Positions 53,781-64,000 of a stretch of DNA of 64,000 bases are shown piece by piece. Made by a program: the position numbers and the translations under genes. Positions within the stretch are counted from its first letter, which is position 1. Each line of letters begins with the position of its first letter. A model generated the notes under the pieces. The model was not told the DNA's origin, did not search any database, and worked only from the letters and a program-made list of their open reading frames with translations. Origin of the DNA: Haliotis rufescens (taxonomy: Eukaryota); the NCBI RefSeq assembly GCF_023055435.1, contig NW_025964001.1:12710001-12774000 (forward strand), given 5' to 3'.

Positions 53781-55325
53781 TTGTTTTTAAAGCGATCATA
53801 GGAACACCATTTTATTATGAAAATGGTATCAATTTATTCATAAACGTACGATTAGGTTGAGGATCACCCATGTGCGAATGTCAGTGAATGAATTGCGAAA
53901 ATATTATTAGAAATATGTATTGAAGTATAAAACATCGGCGTGACCAAGTAAGGCTTGGGTCGAAATATGCTGTAACTTGTAAACTATAATGCAAGCCACA
54001 TGACTACAACCAGTGTTTCTGCTACGTTTACATATACAAAGAAAATCAACACTTTCACGAAGTGAATGATGCTAAACTGAAACAACTATTTATCATACAT
54101 ATATATCATATAACACATACACATAGACAAGAAACAAAAATGTACTTTGGAAGGTTATAATGCATTCACAAATCGTGTCAGAAATAGGGCAATGAAATCC
54201 TTAACTGTCATGTTTTTAACGGAGTGACGGGTGATGCAGATGATGTCATTTTGTCTTACGATCTCAACCTTATCGCTCAGGCTGACAAAGACCTATTTTT
54301 GCTTTGTGAAACCAGTGTAACTTCAGACGAATGTAATCTTAATTCTAACACAAGTGAACCACATTAATTATATTTCGGAGGGGGGCCTACTTGCGCCTTT
54401 GTATCCAAGTTCCATGATTGTTAATTGGATTGTCAGCACTAACCCATAATGTAATATGTGGTAAATGTTAACGTCACGTCGTTAAATAACTGAGATATTG
54501 CTTCAAGGATTTAAACATTGACTGGCCAACAGTTTTTTAATATGTAGAATTCTCAATCAAAAGAGCCTACATGTATGTACCAAATATCACCCCTTGAAGG
54601 GGATTGCGGTATTGATCGCATAATACACCTCCAGCGCCTCGCTTTCACCCTTATCCAGATATGCTATCACTGCTGGGTGATTTTAGTCCTTAGACATCGA
54701 GCTGAGGGTTAATCACACGACTCTCCGTGATATAAGTGACACACTTTGTGTCCAACACACCCACTCACTAATCACACAGCACTCCGTGGTATAAATAAAA
54801 TTCTATTCAAACCAGTATTAAACCAAAACTCACCCACTCCCTAATCACACAACGCTCCATGGTATAAGTGAAATACTGTTCAAACCAGTGTTAAACCAAA
54901 CTCACTCACTCACTAATCACACAACGCTCCATGGTATAAATGAAATAATTTTCAAGCCAGTGTTACAACCAAACTCACTCATTCACACGACGCTCCATGG
55001 TATAAACGAAATACTGTTCAAACCAGTGTTACAACCAAACTCACTCACTCACTAATCACACAACGCTCCATGGTATAAATGAAATCCCTCACTAATCACA
55101 GCACACTCCATGGTATAAGTGAAATACTGTTCAAACCAGTGTTAACCCAAACACACCGGTACCCACTCACTAATCACACAACGCTCCATGGTATAAGTGA
55201 AATACTGTTCAAACCAGTGTTAATCCAAACTCACTAACTCACTAATCACACAACGCTCTGTGGTATGAGTGAAATACTGTTCAAACCAGTGTTAAACCAA
55301 ACTTACCCACTCACAAATCAAACAA
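53415..55325 (+). repeat. Inner right arm of inverted duplication, including the minisatellite at 54711-55325
   Basis: Reverse complement of 8321-10295. Confidence 0.92.
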
Positions 55326-55734
55326 CCACTTACCAACTATCAATTATGCTTTTGATACAACTAATGAAGAAATTCACCTTTGTATTTTCAGTGCTTCTGA
55401 TAGCTGTATAGACAGTGTGTGTATCAAACGGTGGAAATGATACATGGAGGTAATGTGTTCATGATCCTGCTGAATTCTTCGTTTACTGTCGTGAAAGAAA
55501 CGTAATACATTTTAATCTCCATTTCAATTCAAGTTTAACACTCACCAATGATGACACTTAAAGCATTTGACTTGACTGCATGATTGACTGTATATTCATA
55601 AAAAGGTATTAAATATCAATTTAAAAGATCTGTATTGTGTCAGCTGTATAACTCAACTAACGTTTCTTCTAAGAAATGCCTTATCGCAGGCAAAGGTTTG
55701 CAGACTAAAACAAACACCACTTATAGTCTTTAGG

Positions 55735-55866
55735 NNNNNNNNNNNNNNNNNNNNNNNNNNNNNNNNNNNNNNNNNNNNNNNNNNNNNNNNNNNNNNNNNN
55801 NNNNNNNNNNNNNNNNNNNNNNNNNNNNNNNNNNNNNNNNNNNNNNNNNNNNNNNNNNNNNNNNNN
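55735..55866. other. Assembly gap (132 N)
   Basis: Run of N. Confidence 1.
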
Positions 55867-55884
55867 ATAATCATCGCGTGTAAC

Positions 55885-58845
55885 GACTGATCCTTGTCGC
55901 GATCGATTATGGTGATCATCGCCGATCATTTGGAGATTTTACTCTGGCGTCTCTAACGCTCTACAGATAAGTACTACCTACAAAAGATAATGGAACCAAA
56001 TATTTGAATGTAGTTATCGTTGAGGTGTACATTTACAATACCGTGGCGTTCCATCTGAACGCAACATTTAATCACGATGAAATTTCACATCATACATGAA
56101 CAGCACGAGAAGCACGTACACACAAAAGCCAAACGCTAAATAATGCCTCCGAGACAGTATATCAATGAACAGGCATTATGGCGAATTGTGAGTAACAGGG
56201 AGGGGGACGTCAATTTCCCCAGTTGCCAGAAAATCAAAGATTTCTCCATTATTGGACAAGTACCCTCAAACGAGTGGGTGTGCAATGAGACCTGGGCGTA
56301 GCAGGCCTAAAATAAGTAATACCAACACAAACACGTCTCTTAATCGACATTAATTGCAATACGCAATAGATTCAGCTCCGTTACGTTTGAAAGCAAGGGG
56401 TCCTGTGAAGGGTTTATATGTTGTTTAACGCCGCTCTCAGCAATATTCCAGCTTTATGACGGCCTGTGAAGGGTGTGAACCTAACACCTTACATTGTGCC
56501 ACAGGCGGCAAGGATTGGGGTGGGCTAGGCAACATCAGATACGGTAATGGCGTTACACCCCGTTTGCAGACGAATCAAGGTTTGTCCTTCAATTTGAATG
56601 ATAGTATAAAACGTTGTTGGCGACGTAGCGGCGAGTGGTATGACAGGGCAACAATTCTTGACCATGATCGGTATGGACAGACAGACAGACAACAGATAAT
56701 ATATTTTTACCTAAGAGTTACCTAATTGATACTTTCTTTTGTTGAAACACAAACATTAGACATTTTGCAAAATTTATCATTGTATCATTGTTGGGGTCTT
56801 TCTAAACAAAAATAATGATGATTAACTGCCTTTGGGATACACATTTCCCGCCGACTTATTGTATATAACATGACGTTGATCCTCAATTACACGACAGTGT
56901 TTACATAAGACGGCATCATCCTCAATATTGGCAACACCCCTACAAACAAGTTGAATACCAAGCGTATTTTGTCCACATCTAAATATGGCTATTAGCCTTA
57001 TATATTCACAATGCTTAATATTTGATCGCCAACGATATAAGATTTATGCAGTTTATAGAATGAGAGGGTCTTGCTGCCTAGAGATGCAGACCCAGTACCC
57101 GCCAACAATGCCCCGCTTGGGGTGTCTCTTCAGGCTGAATGGCGTGCAATATTAAGGATAACCATGCACAAGTTTATCAACAGTATGCCATAAATGTGTC
57201 CTGCATGTATCGCCCAACATGGTGGACACACCAGGTCTACACGCCCGAAATTATTTAAAAGACATTAATCGTTATTACACTTTCACTATCATTTCACCAG
57301 TTTCCTTATTTTGTGTCGGTTGTATACATTAAAGGAAATAAAAACAGTAGTACGCATTCAAAGTCATTTAATTACGTGTGAATACTGTTGAATATATGTT
57401 TATATCTTGCCATAAAGATTCTTTAACACCTGGTTCAGTTGCTATCTTGTCCACAGTAGGCCCTCCTATGACGTGCAATAACGATTTCCATTATGTGTCA
57501 GTGTTTATCCTCTACTACGATCTGACAACTGTTTACTTTGTGACGAGGCGATTATGTTTGCAAACATCTGATCGATCGTTGTTTGTTGGATGTAATTTAT
57601 TGTCAAAGTCTTAAGATATCTGTCACTGTGATGACTTCGTCAGTATTTAGTTCAATCGGATTTTTCTTTACATATCTATTGTACCAAGTATTGATACATT
57701 ATTGGAAGCAGGACTGTCACTGATTATCGGCTAAAGTGAGATTATAAGTCTGAAAGACATGATGCATGCCTTGCGAGAGGTATAAATTTACACAAATAGA
57801 CTGATAGGGGCGTATAGTTGCCCCCTATAGAGACAAGGCACAGTAATCATATTACCTTTATTCCTGTGTTGTTAAGGAGTGAGTTATCCGTGGCTTTATA
57901 TTGTCCATCGATGATCTGGGCCATACATTTACCGCTGGTGAGTTTCGCTCTTATACATCATTGTTGACCAGCGTATGATCAGGAACAAGGTGAATATATA
58001 ATGGAAATATTTTATAATATTCATTTGTTGCGATATTATGTAGTTTATACACTTACTATTATGCCTACTCTATTCTTAAAAATGTAGAAATTTAGTACGA
58101 GTAAATTAAGATTAATATGTTCTTACTTTGCGATACACAATATGCGAACATGCTTGAATTACAAAGACATATATTGAAGCATAGAAACAGCATAACTCCT
58201 ATGTCAAACTATATGTACAGCGTTAGATTGATATTTATCTGGTTATATTACCTTCATTTAACATCACAAAATTATCCATGTCTTTACAGGTTTGTACAAA
58301 TATGTATGTTCAAATGCATGTTTTCTTCTTGCGTGTGTGCCTGTGTGCCTGTGTGCCTGTGTGTCTGTGTATCTGTGTTTGCACGTTTCTTCTTTGATAA
58401 AGCTCTCAGCAATATTCCAGCTAAATAATCTTGTCCAGACTAAACAATCCAGTGATGAATATTATGAACAACGACCCACGATCGGGGCACGGTGGCACAT
58501 CAACCAGGTCACCGAGTCTGACTACCCCCTTCATTAGGCCAAAAGAAGTATAGTCCCCACCAGTGTCATTTTCAACCCCCGCGCACGATGCCTCTCTTGT
58601 CTGTACAGCTCTGTGTGTGTTTGTGTGTGTTTGTGTGTCTGTGTGTCTGTGTGTTTGTGTGTGTGTGATATTATATGTATTTTTTGGTTTTCGAGTGCAT
58701 TTTAGACATCACTGTACTGAAAATATATGAATTGCTGCAAAAGAGACAAAATGCCGGAGACAACAACGTTTTTTTTCCTCAGAATGCGAAGATGGGCTAT
58801 ATTATGTAAATAAACTTGTCAGCAACAACAAAAAGGGGGAAAACC
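55885..58845 (+). repeat. Outer right arm of inverted duplication
   Basis: Reverse complement of 30-3212, except ~56695-57085. Confidence 0.92.
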
Positions 58846-59055
58846 ATGTCTCGCGTCATTTTAGGCCAAGCCCCCCAAACCAGGACCTTAATTCGTTTTT
58901 TGGGGGGCCTCAACTCGCTGTTTACTACAAGTATTGGTTGCGGAGACAAAAAAATTTACTCCAATGTTCTTTCAGGTGGTCTGATACTTTGACAGTTAGG
59001 AATGTGATACACTGCAGTCTACGCACGGTGTTCACCAACTATCATGAGAGAAGTC

Positions 59056-60009
59056 ATGGCGGAATATTTGTTGTCTCTCCTCCTGATTCTGATGCCTCTG
59101 TTCGGTGTGGATGCTCAGTCTAAACACTTCACAGGAGGATCAGTGAGCTTCAAGTTCGTCGATACATCGAAACCAACAGAGTATAAGGTATAGGCTTTAT
59201 AATCATGTTTGTGTTGTTATAATTGAGATACACGTCTCGATGCCGCATACACATATTTGCACGAAAGTATTCTTGTTGGTCTGTTTTTATTATCACTACC
59301 GCAAAATATTGCACAAACTAACGACATATTTCCGATAATGAAGCCGATATTCAGGTGACATTTAGCGATTAAACGTATCAATGCCATGTGAAGAAATACA
59401 TTAGTTTCGTATACAAAAGCATTGCAGAAATAATATTGGCCGCTATTTCGAACGAGGTATGTCATTATACAGTAACGGACATGAATACCTTATTTGCATG
59501 TTTAAACTTACATACTTGAAAGAGAATGTAAGAGACTGATATTTGAATTAATTTTCATTTGTACAAACTTTCTACGTCAATGGTTAAAGAAACAGTTAGC
59601 CATAACATGCACGGTGACCGACCGTTTTGTTCAAACTGAAAAATATGATGAAACAATCAGGTTTCTAAACATATCCCTTTTCCAGATCCAATTAACGATT
59701 GTTACCGGATGGACGTTGGGTCAAGGACCCTGTGGCGAACACTGTTCGATCAATGACGTGGGAAGAAGCACAGTTATAACTCGAAATCATATGTTAAACA
59801 TGAATGGCGATGTATATTTTGGAAACTGGACTTCGGAGGCTGGATCCGGAAGTAGCGTCACTTACAGTGTGATCACTGACAAAGTAGCCAAGAGACTCAC
59901 TGGCGAAGTAGCAGCCGTAAATGTGCCCCTCGGGTGGGAACAGGAAATAGCGGAGGTCATTCTTGAAGTCGATCCATTACGAAAATATACAGATATTGAG
60001 TACGTGTAA
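59056..60009 (+). CDS. Uncharacterised secreted protein with N-terminal KHFTGGS motif (possibly the 5' exons of a longer gene)
   Basis: join(59056..59187,59686..59999/60009): signal peptide MAEYLLSLLLILMPLFGVDA, then QSKHFTGGSVSFKFVDTSKPTEYK|IQLTIVTGWTLGQGPCGEHC..YFGNWT..WEQEIAEV. Phase-0 GT-AG intron; upstream exon ends 57989, acceptor 58975; donor GA|GTACGT at 60000. Confidence 0.78.
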
Positions 60010-61863
60010 TCAGCTTGTTATTTTCTGTCAAATTATTACATATTATACTACGTTTGTCTTGTAGTTCAGAAGGTGAACGTACGACTGTATTATAAGATGG
60101 CATGCACCAGTGCTCAATCTATTGTTCTACCAAAGTCGCCACGATGAAAAATTCTTTCTGCATCTTTTTTTGGCCAATATTGCATGCATGCATATGTAAT
60201 CGAATGATGATGTTCCCCGTGATTTGAAGTTTTACTTCTTTCGACTAAATAAATAAGGCGAAGCACTTGGTTTGATTCCCAACATTGGTACACGCACTTG
60301 TACGCAGGCCTCTTACAATGATTTGTCGCCTTTTGGTTTAATATTTGTTTGGTTCAAATCACGATAATGCGGCAACGCGACAGCGCGAAAATGCGAAAAA
60401 TGGCCAACATGTCGCATTGTCGAGGTTTGGTTATTTTTTACACTCTTTGCTTGTTTTTGTAAGGGATTCCATAGTAAGGGGATACAAGTGCTGATTTGAT
60501 CTACTTACGTCCATATAATGTATCACAGGAAATAATAATTTACTAAACACCATGGGTAACTGTCATTTAAATGATTGTAACTTGATATAGAGAGGATATG
60601 AGTAGTATAGAACGGGTCCGCAGGAACCTTTTTTGGTTGAGGGAGGTTGAGTGAAAATAGGGAAGGTGATTGGTTGATCCAAGTCACGTGATCGGATAGG
60701 ATGACTCATGCATCAACAGCACGTCACAGGTGAGGGGGAATGAAAGGTGTGTGTTTATAAAGACAGAAAAGAATTCATAAGAAAACAAAAGTAAAAGGTT
60801 ATGAATAGGGCTAAATGTATAGCGTGCTGCCTTGAATAGACAGACCGTACCCGTCAGCCCAGTTTGAATTGAGCGCGCTTGACAACTGACGTGGCCTCGT
60901 CGTTTAACCCGCGCTCGCGAGAGCGTGCGATCTGGTTTGATGAATGCAGGGTGTGTCTTGAAAGTACGACCATACCCCAATAGAGACGGGTTATGTCAAC
61001 ACGATATACACCGTGCAATGTAGGGAAAAAAATGTACGGATCAAATTCATCTTGTACGGTCTACACGTTGTACACCATGAACGTTAGACAACCTGTATGG
61101 AAAAAAATACATAGAGATAAAATAGATAAGACTACACAATCAGCAAGCTAGCAGTGTCGTTTAATTACATTTAGCGCGCAAGAACGAGGTAGTCACGTCA
61201 CCCTGCATTGACTATAACGCTGAAGGCAGCCGGATTTCGAATCACCCCGCGCTGCGTACTATTGTGAACCATTTGTATAGAGGGCGTTCACTTATTCAAC
61301 CCTGTCCCGACTTGCATAGTTGATGTTTCAACGCTAGCGTTTCCATTTAACGCCATGACAAATAAACCGTACGGTTTGAGTTTTAACCGTGTAACATGAT
61401 GTGCACAGTTTTTACTTCAGAACGTGCTATTTTGACAATAGATAGTTAGAACCATGTCTATGTTCAATAGAAAACTGATGAGTACACGTAGCAGTGTCAC
61501 GGCACGAAGCTAGGTTTGTTGGGAAAGTGATGGAAGCAATCAATAAGACATTTCATGTTTACAATACTCACCCTTAATCGGATAGGATGACTTTACTATG
61601 TCTATACTAGCCTAGACTATACTACTAAAATTGAGGTCAGGCACCGAGATAGCCAACGCGCAGGTGTGTACATAATAATAATATCTGAATTGCTCAATGT
61701 TCAACATCGTTTCCCGTGTGACCGTTCAGACAGATACACAGGTGCATCTATATGGGTATATGGGTGGTCCGTATCCCAAGCTGTCAGTCATGCTGACAGT
61801 GAGCTATACAGGTGCGTTGAATGGCCAGTTACTATATGGCAATCATTCATCATAGAAACATCC

Positions 61864-61903
61864 TATATAAACACCACCCCGAATATCAGAGCGTCATTTC
61901 AGT
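61864..61903 (+). promoter_or_regulatory. TATA box + initiator of the zinc-finger/PolB gene
   Basis: TATATAAA at 61864-61871; TCATTTCAGTT ~30 nt downstream; ATG at 61926 in AACATGG context. Confidence 0.7.
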
Positions 61904-61925
61904 TTCAACAGTCAGCAAGGAAAAC

Positions 61926-64000
61926 ATGGATTCATCAAACGCGTAAGTGTATTTCTTAATGACTTATTTCGTTTATATTAAATGAGAATACTACACAGCT
62001 TACACATGTTTCAGGCTGAGTGAAAAGGTATGTGTTAGTAAAAGTGATTATGAGTAACTCTCATTACCAACTTTATGAAGAAAACAATGTTGTATCTCTA
62101 GCGAGAATTAAAAGGAATGTTTTGTCTTTCAGACCATTCACCTGTCCACAGTGCGGGAAAGGTTTTAATAGAAAAGATAACCTTTCCCGTCATATGCGAT
62201 CTGTTCACCAGGGTGAACGTTACGCGTGCGAGAAATGCTCTAAAAGTTTTTCTTCCAAACAAAAACTAAACCAGCACAAGTGCGCTGCCTGCTCGCAACA
62301 ACGCCTATCGGAATACCGTTGTAGCGTAAGTTTATTTTCGTGAATGTAATCATCATTAGATTTAAGGGAATATGTGTGGGACTTTTATTTATCTTCCTAT
62401 GCTTTTTAAAAGGTAATTTTCATTTAAACACATGTGGTTCATTCTATGTTGAAAACAAGGACATCATGCTATGTTAGTACGAGTATCGTTACTAAACTCG
62501 TACAGTCCCTTTAAGAACACTGCTTTATTTCTACATACAGAAATGCCCCGAGGTGTTCCCCTCTCCCCGTGACTTGGCCGTGCATTTTCGACGGTGTCAT
62601 TCTAGCGGTAAGTTGAATGTTCATAATGCCATCTGAAGTAAAAGTGTGAAAGACATGGGTTATTAACTGTATTGAAAATATCACATTCGTGACTTCGAGC
62701 TTATCATTTCACTCGAATAAAATATGCTCAGATGCTATAGATTGAACATATCTTTTCTCCACAGGCGCAACACAGACGTCGCGTGATGACGCACGGCCGT
62801 CTACCTCCAGTGCAGTACCGATTAGTGGGGGTGAGTTCTATTTTGTATCTATCTATCTAATATCTATCACTTCATTCATCCATGTACGAGTGTTAGTATT
62901 AACGAGGTTCATACCACATAGGGTTTCCATATATGTGTGTCGTGTGTTTGTATATAGATAGCATTGACTGGGATGTTTTCAGTTAACTGTTTTGTATTTC
63001 AGGGACAACCTCTACAAACCAGCCTACACCGTCCACCTCCTCGGGGCAGGTTGCAAGGGCGGGAAACTGTCGTGCTAGTGGAGGTAGATATTGAATAGTA
63101 TTTTATAAGCTATGGATTTTAGGTAGCCCTGAATTATATGTATTAGTTCAATCCGTCATGGTGTTCATATGTATTCGCTTTGGAAGTATTATATAGCACG
63201 TGTAAGTCATGATATTTATTTGAAGCATAAGAGCTCGTAGTGATTGAGTGAGTGAACGATGCTGTTATAGGCGAGCACAGTATTCATACATTGAATTTTA
63301 TTCTATCACCAGCTCCCTCGTGTTCCCGCATCGCAGCATCGGATGGTTGTACTACCTGCCGGACGTGTCATAGGCGTTTCGAGGATCGGTTGTCTCTCTA
63401 CCGTCATCAGATGATAGAGGGACACCGTGTCCTACCATCGCAGTCCGGCGGGAGTATGGATACCGATGCTGTTGGTAGTGAGCTCCAACCACGCCCATGG
63501 GGAGAAGGTCCCGCCCCGTGGGTAGAGGAGAGCACTGGCAAGGTGACGGAGCCCGGACTCCAGGAAGCCTATGACCTGGACGCTCCCTACATCCTCGCGC
63601 GGGACCAACCCGGGGAGGTGTTTTCGACATTCAACCTCCCCGTCAGCAACAACTTTTCGATAGGTGAGTTGATGGAACGCGCTAGGGGTATCTATCAATC
63701 ATTAAGTTATAGTTTTAGGTTCAATCTAGCGTTCGGTGTCATCCTGCGTCACGTGGAGACGGGACGCTATCGCTATTTCCATCCTTACGCTGTCGATCCG
63801 CTCTTTACTAGTCCTCTCTATATCACCGAGCTGAGGGATCTCGAACGGTTGCGTCAGAGACTGGAAAGCTTAGATGTGATGTCTTATCTATTGAAACAAC
63901 GCCCCGATACCAAATGGAAACCCGTTTTGATCACGAATATACAGTTTTACGCGTACAGAATGAATTTTCCTTTAGGCCATCCCCCTGTTGCTCTCCCCGA
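61926..64000 (+). CDS. Multi-exon C2H2 zinc-finger protein fused to probable Polinton protein-primed DNA polymerase B N-terminal region (partial, >370 aa)
   Basis: join(61926..61942,62133..62325,62541..62607,62765..62830,63003..63083,63313..>64000); all introns GT-AG and phase-consistent. Fingers: CPQC..H..H, CEKC..H.C, CS|KC..H..H, CRTC..H..H. Last exon FRFNLAFGVILRHVETGRYRYF..RPDTKWKPVLITNIQFY..FPLG..LP is open to the window end. Confidence 0.85.

Larger units (their letters stand above)
60601..64000 (+). mobile_element. Left end of a probable Polinton/Maverick, continuing beyond the window
   Basis: Starts AGTAGTATAG (AGTAGT is a typical Polinton terminus); becomes CpG-richer; followed by a gene resembling the Polinton pPolB N-terminus. 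Confidence 0.72.

Noticed and set aside
55653-55929. ORFs spanning X residues
   Set aside because: Artefacts of the N gap.
62020-62343. Stand-alone 107-aa zinc-finger ORF
   Set aside because: Its N-terminus is intron sequence; the real exon is 62133-62325 of the larger spliced gene.
63352-63698. Two minus-strand ORFs
   Set aside because: Antisense shadows of the GC-rich + strand exon.

Overview
Eukaryotic, AT-rich, repeat-dense genomic DNA. It is most likely a gastropod mollusc such as abalone (Haliotis); this is inferred from tRNA-derived SINEs ending GGCGTTAAA..(CTCA)n. Host genes: three near-identical, intact 3-exon PMP22/EMP/claudin-family 4-TM genes (15694-17687, 36321-38494, 45627-47716). 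They are interleaved with paralogs of a signal-peptide 'KHFxGGS' secreted-protein gene: pseudogenes at 33783-34845 and 42060-43970, an open copy at 57975-60009, and exon 1 of an inverted copy at 989-1003. Two blocks near the window ends form an old inverted duplication (about 30-10295 vs 53415-58845). Most of the rest is nested mobile DNA: CR1/L2-group and RTEX/Proto2-like LINEs, R4-like and Penelope-like remnants, DD34E Tc1 copies, a 9-bp-TSD MULE/Foldback-like element filled with two inverted 213-bp satellite arrays, MITEs and SINEs. Most notable: (1) the left end of a probable Polinton/Maverick at 60601 (AGTAGT terminus), whose probable protein-primed PolB gene starts with five small spliced exons encoding C2H2 zinc fingers and is largely missed by the ORF track; (2) a LINE flanked by an apparent 2.2-2.7 kb target-site duplication, with a related LINE showing a ~105-bp one. 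All family assignments come from motif recognition by eye, not database searches.
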